A DNA stretch of 64,000 nucleotides from a virus: IMG/VR virus record IMGVR_UViG_3300043427_002233, positions 6,203-70,202 of that record; one strand, given 5' to 3'. Below, one piece after another: positions 19,630 through 28,981 of this stretch (its first letter is position 1; the number at the start of each line of letters is the position of its first letter). Under the pieces are notes generated by a model. That model did no database searches. It was not told where the DNA came from and saw only the letters and a list, made by a program, of their open reading frames with translations. The position numbers and the translations under genes were made by a program.

Positions 19630-19989
19630 ATGAAAAAGAAAATTACAAAGTCTAATTTAAATGAAGGTGTTTATGTTAAGATGATTGCTGGCAAAGATGA
19701 AATACTTAACTTACGTCTTAATGATTTTGAAAATGGTGAACAAGTTAACGAAACTCTTAATGGTATGATTAAGATTATCTCTGCTGCCATCATTGGTAGT
19801 GCTTTGACAATCTTATCTGCTAATGAAATTACTGCATCATCTGAAACCTTACCCGCTCTTGCTGAAAAACTTATCTCAAAGTTTAATGAAGACTCTAAAG
19901 AATTTATGATGACTTCTATTAATGAAACTATGAATAAGCTTAGAAAAAAGAAAGATGAAACTCCATCTGACTTTAATGGTAAGGCCTAA
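19630..19989 (+). CDS. Hypothetical protein
   Basis: AAAGGAGG SD. Confidence 0.7.
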   Translation: MKKKITKSNLNEGVYVKMIAGKDEILNLRLNDFENGEQVNETLNGMIKIISAAIIGSALTILSANEITASSETLPALAEKLISKFNEDSKEFMMTSINETMNKLRKKKDETPSDFNGKA

Positions 19990-19990
19990 T

Positions 19991-20305
19991 ATGAAACTAC
20001 GTACACTTATTGCGTTTCTTGAAACGCTACCACAAGATTCTACTGTTCATATTTGCGGCACCGATAGATTCTTTATGTATTTTGGTAAAGAAAATAAAGA
20101 AACATTTATTACTTTTGATATTGATGAACTCGACGTTGAAGATTTTAAATCTAATGGTGTCAAAGGATTAAAGTTCTTTGACTCTATTACTGTCTCAACA
20201 CAATACGAAGCTGAATTAAAACGTAAGGCTAATTCAAATGAAGCTCTTGAAGTTTTTAAATCTGCTAAGGCTTTAGAGGATCTTAACATATGGAAAAAAA
20301 AATAA
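19991..20305 (+). CDS. Hypothetical protein
   Basis: MKLRTLIAFLETLPQD, a start pattern common in small phage proteins. Confidence 0.65.
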   Translation: MKLRTLIAFLETLPQDSTVHICGTDRFFMYFGKENKETFITFDIDELDVEDFKSNGVKGLKFFDSITVSTQYEAELKRKANSNEALEVFKSAKALEDLNIWKKK

Positions 20306-20457
20306 ATTACCCTACTTTAGTTGCCGACCTTATCCAAGAATTAGTTGACTTTGGTTATAACGTCAATGACATTATCTTTATACTTACTAACAATGGTATG
20401 ACTGATAAACAAATTAAAGAATGGTATGGTTTACCATTTACAATTGGAGGCAAATAA
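20290..20457 (+). CDS. Small hypothetical protein (55 aa)
   Basis: AGAGGA SD; MEKKINYPTLVADLIQEL...; last early gene. Confidence 0.6.
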   Translation: MEKKINYPTLVADLIQELVDFGYNVNDIIFILTNNGMTDKQIKEWYGLPFTIGGK

Positions 20458-20476
20458 TATCGCCTCTAATCTTTTT
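20444..20476 (+). terminator. Intrinsic terminator at the early/GroEL convergence
   Basis: TTGGAGGC/GCCTCTAA stem followed by TCTTTTTT. Confidence 0.6.
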
Positions 20477-21968
20477 TAATCAGTATGTAGGCACGTAGGT
20501 AGTTTGCTGCGATTGAACTTGCGTTCGTTAAGGATGTTTCGATTGATGCATAGCTATCTACGATGCCTGCTTTAGTTAAGTTTACTTCTTTCTTACTAAC
20601 TACATCTATCGCTATACTATTTTGTAACCCAGCTTCCTTAGTAATCTTTAACCCAGCATTGGATAAAATGGTTAACAACGGTTTACGTAAAACATTACTG
20701 AGCTCAGGTACCTCGAACGATACGTTCCATAATGCCTTACCCGCTCCGATTGTAATGCCTTTTTTAGTAGCCGTTTTTACCGCTCCGATTGCGTCGTCTA
20801 GCTTCAACTTAATCGTCATGTATTCTGTGACGGTTGGGGCATATATCTTAATCTTTGTTACGCCCGACTCTAGATTGGCTAGCCTACGTGTGATCATGTT
20901 GGCACGGTTCATTCCAGTGGTGTAAGCTTGTTCTTCAAGTTCTTTCTTGTAACTCTTGATACGTTGTAACAAAGCTTTAGCATTGGGTGCTTCTGCCGTA
21001 ATCGTCGTTTTCATTTGTTCAATGATAATAGACTTAGCCTTGCCTAACGAATCAAATACAAAGTCAGCTCCACTAACTGCATCCTGTGCTGTTCCGCCAG
21101 TATACGCAGCTACGTCTAAGAAGATCTCTTCTTGGGATACGTCGTTGATGAAGATGATTTGGAATTTGAATTTGTTTTCTGTCAAGGTATCTAATAATAA
21201 CTTTAAAGACTCCGGATTAAATTTGTTTGATACGATGAAGACGAACGGGTGATCGATCTGGTCTTGAGGGATAGAAGCGAAAAACTTCTGGGTATCCAGC
21301 TGTGTGAAGATGCCTTCCTTTAGGACGGCGATGAATGGGTTTTGGTATACGGTCTTCTCACCTTCGTTGCATAACGCTCTGAGTGACTCTGACATGTAAC
21401 CAGCATCTAACGTCATGCCAGATGTGAACTCCACATAAGATTCTTCTTTGATCCGCTCGTGCTCCGTGACTACGTTCATTGTCCCGCCAGACTTGCGATA
21501 TGCTTCAGCTACTAATGCGCCGATGGCCGGGATCTTTGTAACGATCGTTGATAGATTAGCTACCTGATCAATCGTAAGTTTGATGCGATACTTCTTGAGT
21601 TCGTCTTTTGCTTTCGCAACTAGCTCAAGTAGTTTGTCTGCAGCAACCTGCGGGTGTAACCCACGTTTGATCCAAGCTAAGCCTTGCTTGTATAACTCAT
21701 TCGTTAGTAAGACTGTTAAGGTCGTACCATCAAATGCTGTCTTCTCTGTATTGTTGGCAGCTTCAATCATGGAGATGGCTACCATCTTTTCAAATCCCTC
21801 GAAGTCGAATGCTTGCTTGGCCACGGTAACACCGTCGTCAGTTAAGATGGGCCGGCTGAATTCATCTTGAATGACAGCCATCCGACCCTTTGCTCCCATC
21901 GTTGGGACTACCATGTCTGCGATCTTCTGGAAAGTATCCTTGATGATCTTGATATCTGATGTCTTCAT
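20466..21968 (-). CDS. groEL: Phage-encoded group I chaperonin (GroEL/Cpn60-like)
   Basis: TMGAKGR, ILTDDGVTVAK, FDGTT, DDAIGAVK, GITIGAG and AGIVD motifs; no GGM tail. Confidence 0.9.
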   Translation of the reverse strand: MKTSDIKIIKDTFQKIADMVVPTMGAKGRMAVIQDEFSRPILTDDGVTVAKQAFDFEGFEKMVAISMIEAANNTEKTAFDGTTLTVLLTNELYKQGLAWIKRGLHPQVAADKLLELVAKAKDELKKYRIKLTIDQVANLSTIVTKIPAIGALVAEAYRKSGGTMNVVTEHERIKEESYVEFTSGMTLDAGYMSESLRALCNEGEKTVYQNPFIAVLKEGIFTQLDTQKFFASIPQDQIDHPFVFIVSNKFNPESLKLLLDTLTENKFKFQIIFINDVSQEEIFLDVAAYTGGTAQDAVSGADFVFDSLGKAKSIIIEQMKTTITAEAPNAKALLQRIKSYKKELEEQAYTTGMNRANMITRRLANLESGVTKIKIYAPTVTEYMTIKLKLDDAIGAVKTATKKGITIGAGKALWNVSFEVPELSNVLRKPLLTILSNAGLKITKEAGLQNSIAIDVVSKKEVNLTKAGIVDSYASIETSLTNASSIAANYLRAYILIKKD

Positions 21969-22816
21969 TTAGCTGGGCCTCCATATAAATAGGTCGTTTT
22001 CTTTTTAGCACCTTTCTTTGGCATTGGCGCAGCTAACTTACGTCTTGGTTGTTTTTTCATAGGCTTTTTAGCCTCCTTTGTTTTTGGATTATAATCGTCG
22101 TATATAAACCTGTCGTAGGCATCACCATACTCTTTTATGATTTCTTCTGATAACTTCTCTACCTTCTTGGTATTGTATAAGAAGTTGTCTGAGTCTTCGG
22201 TCATCCACTTGTCGTACTGTTCACAACTGTACTCTTGTGTGTTGATTTTCCATGGCTTGCCTTTGTACTCTGATGTAACAAAGCTGGGCTCGTACCATTT
22301 GATGATCCGATTGTTAGGCTGGAGTGCAAACAGTCCATTGTCTAACATGATCAGGTGGTGAGACTTGTGCTCTTGGAAATCCTCGGCTAATGTTAGATCG
22401 ATACCGGTGTTCTCATTGCTACCCCATTGAAGGGTTAACATGTAAGTACCACCTAGTGTATCGCCGTTCTTCATTAACACATCTACATTTGCATTATAGA
22501 CGTAGTTTAACCCAACCAGGGTAAATACCTTAGAGAAGCAATCCCATAGCTGTAATGAGTGGAAAGGATATGTTTTCCATACTTCCTCTGTATCAGGTAG
22601 TTTCCAGCAGATAGCGGAGATGGGAAGCTTGTCTCTCATCATGCCATGTTCTGTAAGAACTTGGAATAGTGCAGCCGATCCTTCGTTGCAGCGGATAGAA
22701 ATTAGAATCGCCTTTGTATATTTGCCTACGTATTCTTGGTTATCGGGATCATCAAAGAAGAATCCATCTCTAACCCAGACTTTAATAGGCGGTAAGCTGG
22801 CTTCAATAAACGCCAT
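21965..22816 (-). CDS. Conserved phage protein of unknown function
   Basis: LPPIKVWVR...DKLPISA...QLWDCFS...EHKSHH...LDNG..ALQPNNRI, a motif set I recognise from diverse phages; basic C-terminal tail. Confidence 0.75.
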   Translation of the reverse strand: MAFIEASLPPIKVWVRDGFFFDDPDNQEYVGKYTKAILISIRCNEGSAALFQVLTEHGMMRDKLPISAICWKLPDTEEVWKTYPFHSLQLWDCFSKVFTLVGLNYVYNANVDVLMKNGDTLGGTYMLTLQWGSNENTGIDLTLAEDFQEHKSHHLIMLDNGLFALQPNNRIIKWYEPSFVTSEYKGKPWKINTQEYSCEQYDKWMTEDSDNFLYNTKKVEKLSEEIIKEYGDAYDRFIYDDYNPKTKEAKKPMKKQPRRKLAAPMPKKGAKKKTTYLYGGPAK

Positions 22817-22837
22817 ACACTTTACCTCCTATTGATT

Positions 22838-22875
22838 AGTATAACAAAAAAGCATACTGATTGCAACAGTACGCT
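22838..22875 (-). promoter_or_regulatory. Overlapping terminator and sigma-A promoter
   Basis: Stem AGCGTACTG/CAGTATGCT plus U-tract; TTGCAA in the loop, 17 nt, then TGtTATACT. Confidence 0.7.
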
Positions 22876-22884
22876 TCATAATTT

Positions 22885-23061
22885 TTACATCTTCTTTAAT
22901 GTCATGGCTAGCCTGGCTCTTTGGCCTAGCTTGCCTGGTTTTTTAGCGGCTTCTTTAAGTTTAGCCGCGGGGATCTTCTCACCCTTCTTGACTCCAAGTG
23001 ACTTGCGAAGCGCGCCTGGTTTCTTGATTGCGGATTGAATCCATTTCTTTTCTGCCATCAT
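22885..23061 (-). CDS. Small highly basic phage protein (58 aa)
   Basis: MMAEKKWIQSAIKKPGALRKSLGVKKGEKIPAAKLKEAAKKPGKLGQRARLAMTLKKM; ATGA-coupled; missed by the ORF track. Confidence 0.8.
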   Translation of the reverse strand: MMAEKKWIQSAIKKPGALRKSLGVKKGEKIPAAKLKEAAKKPGKLGQRARLAMTLKKM

Positions 23062-23291
23062 TGCATCCTACCTTTTTTCTTCTGGATGTTACCAGCTTCT
23101 CGCATCTTAGCCCATGGAATCTTGCGCATGTTTTCGCCGTTGGTAGGAAGTTCACCTTCCTCCATCTCTTCTTCCATGTCTTCTTCCATCTCTTCTTCGG
23201 GATCCATTTCCATTTCCATTTCAAGGATCTCACGGTCAGTGTAACCGTCTTTCTTAAGTAACATCTTTTCTTGTGGTGTAAGTTTCTTCAT
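23058..23291 (-). CDS. Small protein with acidic EEEM-repeat core
   Basis: EMEMEMDPEEEMEEDMEEEMEE; AGGAGA SD. Confidence 0.7.
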   Translation of the reverse strand: MKKLTPQEKMLLKKDGYTDREILEMEMEMDPEEEMEEDMEEEMEEGELPTNGENMRKIPWAKMREAGNIQKKKGRMQ

Positions 23292-23293
23292 AC

Positions 23294-23539
23294 TTATCTC
23301 CTATACTTCGCAACTTTTTGTGCGATTGATTTTGGTTGTCTTACAAACTGCTTACCGGATTTATTACCAGCTGCCTTGGCTGCATTGGTTGCCGCCTTCT
23401 CTGAGGCTGATAATGCTGACCATGCTTTGTCTGGTAAGTAACGCTTCTTGCCTTCGGATGGTTTACCATCTGATGTACGCCATTTTTGTTTGGTCCAAGC
23501 TACCAGATCTTTCTGGGCTTCCGCTAAACTCTTAGCCAT
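23294..23539 (-). CDS. DUF5872-like basic protein (C-terminal half)
   Basis: WTKQKWRTSDGKPS...RYLPDKAW...ATNAAK...KQFV. Confidence 0.65.
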   Translation of the reverse strand: MAKSLAEAQKDLVAWTKQKWRTSDGKPSEGKKRYLPDKAWSALSASEKAATNAAKAAGNKSGKQFVRQPKSIAQKVAKYRR

Positions 23540-23724
23540 TACTTGTAACCTCCGCCTTTAGCTTTGTACTGACTAGCCAGTAACTGGGCCTTACGGGCTG
23601 ACCATTCACCCGGATCTCCGCCCTTACCTCCATAAAGAATCTTTTTAAATAGTTCTTTACGCATACCTGGCTTGGTATAATTACCAGCCTGATTAACTTT
23701 AGAATCTTTTTTCATATCTTGCAA
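23539..23724 (-). CDS. DUF5872-like basic protein (N-terminal half)
   Basis: NYTKPGMR...GGKGGDPGEWSARKAQLLASQYKAKGGGY. Confidence 0.65.
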   Translation of the reverse strand: MQDMKKDSKVNQAGNYTKPGMRKELFKKILYGGKGGDPGEWSARKAQLLASQYKAKGGGYK

Positions 23725-23885
23725 GCTCCATCTTCACAATCTTCTGATATAAAGATATCTTCCATCTTGTTTTCTTTACCGCACTTGATGCACTTAAGCA
23801 TGTGAATACCTTTGCGCTCATGTGGAAAAAAATCTGCGCCTCCGCATTGTGGACATACAACTAGCTTGCTATCTTTTTCTACCAT
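23712..23885 (-). CDS. Small Zn-ribbon protein
   Basis: CPQC...CIKC; ends DCEDGACKI. Confidence 0.55.
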   Translation of the reverse strand: MVEKDSKLVVCPQCGGADFFPHERKGIHMLKCIKCGKENKMEDIFISEDCEDGACKI

Positions 23886-24157
23886 TTTACTTTGTCCGCC
23901 CAATATGCAGCTGACATCTTACCCTTGCGGATATTAGATGCATGCCGCGCTTTGAATGCTTCCCGTCTTGCTCTGTAAGATGCTGACTCACCAGCTTTTG
24001 CGGGTGATCCTGACACGCCTTGTTGTCCGAAGCGAATCGTTTTAACTTGATCGCCTTCCTTAGCGACAACAACGTGTGACTTAGTGGGATGACTTGGTGT
24101 ACGTTTAGGTTGGTTGAACCCAGATACACCAGCATTTTTTAATCTTGAATCTTTCAC
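23879..24157 (-). CDS. Small basic conserved phage protein (DUF6321-like)
   Basis: KTIRFGQQG...RREAFKARH...SAAYWADKVKW. Confidence 0.7.
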   Translation of the reverse strand: MKDSRLKNAGVSGFNQPKRTPSHPTKSHVVVAKEGDQVKTIRFGQQGVSGSPAKAGESASYRARREAFKARHASNIRKGKMSAAYWADKVKW

Positions 24158-24345
24158 GATAGTCTCTCCTCTAACTCTTCTTCGAAGTGTTCTTGGAACA
24201 TTTCAAGAGTCATATGTAATATTCTACCATCAATTAGGAAAACTTCAAAAAGATCATCTGACTTTTCCTCTACACTAACAATGGCTTCAGGGTTTAATAA
24301 AACGAATCGTTCACCTTTACCATCTTTAACTCTAATCTTAATCAT
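24154..24345 (-). CDS. Hypothetical protein (FlbD-like pattern)
   Basis: VLLNPEAIVSVEE...LIDGR; AAGGAG SD. Confidence 0.55.
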   Translation of the reverse strand: MIKIRVKDGKGERFVLLNPEAIVSVEEKSDDLFEVFLIDGRILHMTLEMFQEHFEEELEERLS

Positions 24346-24348
24346 AAG

Positions 24349-24714
24349 TTACTCCTTCTTCTTTACGAAGCTTATTTTATATCCGCTAATTGGATAAGGA
24401 GTGTTCATGGCTATGTCTACTTTGTTACGTTTGAGTACGACTTCCTTCTCTAGATTCTTTTCTTTTAAGAATTCATAGAGTTGTTCGAAGTCTTTAAAGT
24501 AATGTTTGTCATCTGAATAAATGTAGTGCTCCGCTAGATAGTAATCTGAATCGTACACATAACTGTGATACTGATCAGTGACTAGCTGCTTGAAGTACTC
24601 TTCAGGTAACAACTCTTTTACTTTGTTGAAAAGCTTTTGTAGATACGGTATGTCACCTTTGAACTGTGACATGATCTCAAGAAACTTTTCTCGATCGATA
24701 AAGTAGTTAGGCAT
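24349..24714 (-). CDS. Hypothetical protein
   Basis: Operon context; GAGGA SD. Confidence 0.7.
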   Translation of the reverse strand: MPNYFIDREKFLEIMSQFKGDIPYLQKLFNKVKELLPEEYFKQLVTDQYHSYVYDSDYYLAEHYIYSDDKHYFKDFEQLYEFLKEKNLEKEVVLKRNKVDIAMNTPYPISGYKISFVKKKE

Positions 24715-24967
24715 TATCCTCTACCATGATTATATCACTGGCATTCAGAACTGCAAGTTGAATTCCGTCAACGGTAATTTCATTGCTTGCGTAAAGAGGG
24801 AACCAGACGATGGCACCTTTCTTTATTTCTAATTTCGGATCAGCTAAATAGACACTTGCTGTAACCACATCTCGCTTACCTCTAGTTTCCTTGAGGTTGA
24901 TACCGTTCTTAAGTTCGACACTGTTCTTAAGTTGAACGATCACGTTATTGTTTAATACTTGTTTCAT
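24707..24967 (-). CDS. groES: Co-chaperonin GroES/Cpn10-like
   Basis: VLNNNVIV...NGINL (mobile loop)...IKKGAIVWFPLYASNEITVDG...VLNASDII; 86 aa. Confidence 0.8.
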   Translation of the reverse strand: MKQVLNNNVIVQLKNSVELKNGINLKETRGKRDVVTASVYLADPKLEIKKGAIVWFPLYASNEITVDGIQLAVLNASDIIMVEDNA

Positions 24968-24970
24968 TTT

Positions 24971-26980
24971 TTATCTTCCAACTCTTGTTGAAGTTACTTC
25001 TTTAGGAGAATCTAACCACAACATTAACAACCCAATCATTTTTAATGTTGCCGTATCTCCATCTCTTTCTTTGAATGTTTGAAATGCATCTGATCCTATG
25101 TTCCAGGTTCCATTTGTTGCTGAAGTATTGAAAACTAATTTACCACCTTGATTAATAAAACCTTTTGTTTTTAAATCGGCAATTTGTGCTGAAGATAAAT
25201 TACCTGTGGAAATTTTTAATCCCCATTCTGAGGTTGATTTACCATCCATATAAAAGCTTTCGAACGAAACTGCTGACGCTGGAATACCATATCGTTGACT
25301 AAACACCTTTAACGCTGTCTCTTCTTGGTTTTTTCCTCCATTTAAATAATGCATTCTTGTCATAAAATTATTTATTTTTTCTAAAGTATTTTGTGGTGGA
25401 TATTCGTTTCCTTGATAAAGCGGTGTCGTTTTTAAATTATTAAAAAAACTCATATCGTTTGCATAGTTCTTAGCTATATCTTCTTTGCTCCAAACTATGT
25501 CACTTTGTCTTGCGAATTTTTCGTATGCAGAACTAAGATTTTCCCAATCAAAATCTTCTGTATTAAAAGGATTTACAAAATAATCAATTACACTTTCAGC
25601 GTTTTCTGTTGTCCATGTAGTTGGGATGTTTGATGATCCTTCATTAGATGTACTGCTACCCGAACTTGTTGTACCACCATAACCATAACTAATTGTTTTG
25701 CCATCAGACGTTAAAGAAGCTGTGAATGCATCACCGATAATTGCTTGTGCTTCTTCTGTTGTTAATCCAACAGATTCAAAGTAAGCTGCTAATTTATCAT
25801 TACCTTCTTGTGCAATAAATGTAGCAAACCCACCTTGGGTTGGCTCTTCATCATCTTCTAATGTAGCCATGTATGATGCGATAGATGATTGACCAAGGAA
25901 TCTAGCATAGCTTTTGAATGCTGAGTCAGCAAATTTAAGTTCTGAGTTATCATCTTTATTTAAGAAGTTATATAAATCTTCTTTAGTAACATCAGCAAAA
26001 TTCATCTTGACATATTGTTGTGTAGCAGGATCAATCATGTATGTACCATCATTGTTTCTAGCAATAAACATACTTGGATCGTCACCAATGGATGCTAAAA
26101 CTGCATCAAGCTTGGCTTGATTTTGTGCTTCACGTTCCATTGTGATCTGTCCAAACTTTGTAATATCATTTGGATCTAAGTTTTGTTCACCGAACCATAC
26201 GTCAACTTGATCTAATATCTTTTGCGCACGGTTTTTATCTTCTTCAGTTGAACCCATGTCTGATAATACTGACTGTGCTGCAGTACGTTGATTTAATAAG
26301 TCTCTAATTTCTGGTGACACATAGTAACCAAACATTTGAGCTTCAGTAACTGCCATTTGTTGAGCATCTTGATACAACTTATAAGCTAGGTTTTGTTTAC
26401 CTAAGTCATAGGATAATCTAGCTGCTTCAAGTTGTGTATCCATGCCATACTTTTGTAATTCTTGCGCTCCATACATCTGAGCTTGAATTGAAGCCTTAAG
26501 GTAATCACCTTGACGCTTCTGATCTAACATATAACCGCCAGTCCATCCAGCTTTTTCAGCTGATTGACCGCGCATGTATTCACCTAATGCAAGTTCTGTT
26601 TGACCTTGTTGTCCTTCGGATTGCACTTGTTGAGCACTACGTAACATTGTTTGTTTTGCTTTGTTTAAGTCAACTTTAAATTGTGACTCAGACATTTCTT
26701 GTGCTGTTGATTCCCACGACGAAACTAATGGTGCTGTCTCAGCATAATAATTACCGGATGGTGGTGTTGATCCACCCATAACTCCCGAAATAGGAGCTGG
26801 TGTTTCAACAGCCGGAGCTTCATAACCAGATTCCGGAGCTTCTTGAATAACAGATTGTTCAGGAATCGTAGGAACTCTAGGTGTAATTTCTGTACCTGTT
26901 CCTAGTACTGGAGTAATCTCAGCCTCCGGTGCATTTTGTTTCATGCTTGGCTTTGCTTTTGCTAAAACATCTACTGCCAT
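24971..26980 (-). CDS. Probable internal virion/ejection protein
   Basis: Q/A-rich helical N-half, S/G linker and globular C-terminus; GGAGGA SD before MAVDV. Confidence 0.5.
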   Translation of the reverse strand: MAVDVLAKAKPSMKQNAPEAEITPVLGTGTEITPRVPTIPEQSVIQEAPESGYEAPAVETPAPISGVMGGSTPPSGNYYAETAPLVSSWESTAQEMSESQFKVDLNKAKQTMLRSAQQVQSEGQQGQTELALGEYMRGQSAEKAGWTGGYMLDQKRQGDYLKASIQAQMYGAQELQKYGMDTQLEAARLSYDLGKQNLAYKLYQDAQQMAVTEAQMFGYYVSPEIRDLLNQRTAAQSVLSDMGSTEEDKNRAQKILDQVDVWFGEQNLDPNDITKFGQITMEREAQNQAKLDAVLASIGDDPSMFIARNNDGTYMIDPATQQYVKMNFADVTKEDLYNFLNKDDNSELKFADSAFKSYARFLGQSSIASYMATLEDDEEPTQGGFATFIAQEGNDKLAAYFESVGLTTEEAQAIIGDAFTASLTSDGKTISYGYGGTTSSGSSTSNEGSSNIPTTWTTENAESVIDYFVNPFNTEDFDWENLSSAYEKFARQSDIVWSKEDIAKNYANDMSFFNNLKTTPLYQGNEYPPQNTLEKINNFMTRMHYLNGGKNQEETALKVFSQRYGIPASAVSFESFYMDGKSTSEWGLKISTGNLSSAQIADLKTKGFINQGGKLVFNTSATNGTWNIGSDAFQTFKERDGDTATLKMIGLLMLWLDSPKEVTSTRVGR

Positions 26981-26981
26981 A

Positions 26982-27578
26982 CTATTGTCCTCCACCTAAT
27001 GCAGCCAATAAAGCTGGATCGATTTCTTGCGGTGCGCCTTCTGGCCCAGCTTCGACGGGTGCGCCTTCGGCAGGCCCCATTCCAGCTACCATAGGATTCT
27101 CTGCATCAATACCCATACCTTCAGCTGCAGATACTGGCATCTGAATATTTCCAGGTGATGTAATACGTTTAATAGATTCTCTACCGGATTCTGATAATTG
27201 ACCCAACGATTCTTCGAACTCGGCTTTAGAACCCTTGTCAGTAAAGTCTTTGGTTGCAGGATCATAACCTTGTTGAATGGCTTGATCGATTGCCATCATG
27301 CCACGTGGTGTCATAATCTGATACTTCTCAGGGTTTTTTTTCATATCAAACAAAAACTTTTCTACATACTTACCAAGTTTCTTTTTAACCTTACCAGGTT
27401 TGACTTGGTTTTCTGGTTCTATTTCAGTGAACAAAGCTTGCTTAGTTTTTGGGTCGATCTCATCTTCAGGCTCGACAGTTACCATGCCTTCTTGATTTTC
27501 CCCGCCATTAATCATAGCCCGTAAAACTTCAGGATCAAATTGTTGGTTGTCTAATTTGGTCTTCTTTTCTTCTTTCAT
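26982..27578 (-). CDS. Hypothetical protein with P/G/M/E-rich tail
   Basis: AAGGAG SD; ends IDPALLAALGGGQ. Confidence 0.7.
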   Translation of the reverse strand: MKEEKKTKLDNQQFDPEVLRAMINGGENQEGMVTVEPEDEIDPKTKQALFTEIEPENQVKPGKVKKKLGKYVEKFLFDMKKNPEKYQIMTPRGMMAIDQAIQQGYDPATKDFTDKGSKAEFEESLGQLSESGRESIKRITSPGNIQMPVSAAEGMGIDAENPMVAGMGPAEGAPVEAGPEGAPQEIDPALLAALGGGQ

Positions 27579-27579
27579 T

Positions 27580-27813
27580 CTAGATCTCCTTTAATATTGT
27601 TAGATCTTTACGATTGATAAACCCATGTCTATTAGCTAACACCATGAGTATACGATGTGATCTTTTGTTCTCATTGTATTCTCCAGTCTTAACTAAACGG
27701 ATAGCCTGTCTTATGTTGGATTGGAAGATTTCTTCTTTGCTTCTTAAACGTTTACGTTTTTTTCGCAAGGTAATTCTACTAATCTTACTATCTAAGAGGG
27801 CGTTTAAATCCAT
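27580..27813 (-). CDS. Small basic protein, leaderless first gene of the chaperonin operon
   Basis: ATG 6 nt after TGtTATAAT (27820-27825). Confidence 0.65.
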   Translation of the reverse strand: MDLNALLDSKISRITLRKKRKRLRSKEEIFQSNIRQAIRLVKTGEYNENKRSHRILMVLANRHGFINRKDLTILKEI

Positions 27814-27819
27814 AAATCA

Positions 27820-27852
27820 ATTATAACACAATCAATTGCAATATGTTATAAT
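27820..27852. promoter_or_regulatory. Back-to-back divergent extended -10 promoters
   Basis: ATTATAACA...TGTTATAAT inverted pair; each -10 lies 6-7 nt before an ATG. Confidence 0.75.
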
Positions 27853-27859
27853 GTTTTAT

Positions 27860-28600
27860 ATGTCCAAAACCGAAAGAATATTTCAACCTTTAGTCATACA
27901 GGATAAGCAAGAGTTTCTATCCTTGCTTAAATCCGGTAAACTTAAGTACTCTAAATATAATATCTTAAACGAACAACAAAAGCTATTCGTTGAGTTAGTT
28001 GTGTTTGGTGGTTACTCCGGTGAGCAGGCTATGAAAGCTATAGATCCTGAGATCCGTAACCCTAAACTCTTAGCTAACCGAATGGCATCTGATCCGGATG
28101 TGGCCACAACACTTGAAGAGTTGTCTGCTCAGAAGGATAAGAAGTTTATGACTGAGCTATCAGAGGCTCGTGAACTCGCGCTCTCTAAGCTTATGTTCAT
28201 TATGTCTACTACTAAAGACGAAGCATTAGCTGCGGCTGCTGCTAAGACAATCATTGATGCATCTGGCAAAGCTGTTGCTGCTAACGCTAAGAAAGATGAA
28301 GGTGCTGTTGGCCAAGTTAAATTCTCTATTCAAGTTGAGAATGCCTATATGGGTACACAGCCACCGCTAAAAGCTAAAGAAGATCCAGTTATCATAACGA
28401 TTGATGATCAGGAAGCTTCTCGTGTTAAACAAGAAACTCAAGCCGAACTTCAAGAAGTTAAGGCTAAGGTTCGTGAACAAGAAGAGTTACTTAATACTAC
28501 CAAGCAAGCTAACTCTAACCTTCCTGTGAACCCAGATACTGGTTTACCATACACGATCTCTTACGAAGGCGTTAACTCCTATGAAAAAGATGATAACTAA
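27860..28600 (+). CDS. terS: Probable terminase small subunit
   Basis: LNEQQKLFVELVV..GYSGEQAMKA...LANRMASDPDVATTLEEL resembles the TerS N-terminal HTH, followed by oligomerisation helices; leaderless start MSKTER. Confidence 0.6.
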   Translation: MSKTERIFQPLVIQDKQEFLSLLKSGKLKYSKYNILNEQQKLFVELVVFGGYSGEQAMKAIDPEIRNPKLLANRMASDPDVATTLEELSAQKDKKFMTELSEARELALSKLMFIMSTTKDEALAAAAAKTIIDASGKAVAANAKKDEGAVGQVKFSIQVENAYMGTQPPLKAKEDPVIITIDDQEASRVKQETQAELQEVKAKVREQEELLNTTKQANSNLPVNPDTGLPYTISYEGVNSYEKDDN

Positions 28601-28856
28601 AGCCAAGCTGCTTCTTAAGAATCTATTCTTAACGAAAGAAGGCTGGCTATCATGGATCATAGCTAATGTTATTACGTCACTTCCGTGGGCACTACCTTTA
28701 ATCTATGGATTTATTTTTAAAGATGCTAATGCATATGTAATCGCTGCATCTATTTGGACTTTTGTGATGCTACCCATTACACCCTTCTGGGTCTTTAACG
28801 TTTTGATTGCAACATTCTTTGTACAAAAAGTATTTAAAATAAAAAACCCACAGTGA
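28581..28856 (+). CDS. Small membrane protein
   Basis: 2-3 hydrophobic segments in 91 aa. Confidence 0.65.
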   Translation: MKKMITKAKLLLKNLFLTKEGWLSWIIANVITSLPWALPLIYGFIFKDANAYVIAASIWTFVMLPITPFWVFNVLIATFFVQKVFKIKNPQ

Positions 28857-28964
28857 AGGGGGAGACACTGTGGATCTTTTGAAAGGAGGGGCCATGGAAA
28901 TGAATTAACCATGGCTCCCTAGAAAGGAGGTATAGGGGAGAGGTCGCGTCTCTAACCCTACACC
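28838..28964 (-). ncRNA. Candidate anti-Shine-Dalgarno small RNA (~125 nt, three hairpins)
   Basis: Promoter TTGACT-16-TATAAT with TG extension (28968-28995); three stems with G-U pairs on the minus strand; ACCUCCUUUCUA, CCCUCCUUUC and loop UCUCCCCCUU; ends in a stem plus U6. Confidence 0.7.
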
Positions 28965-28981
28965 ATTATTATAACATGTCT

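Noticed and set aside
28703-28912. Minus-strand 69-aa ORF overlapping the sRNA
   Set aside because: Starts inside hairpin 2, reads through the terminator and is antisense to the membrane gene
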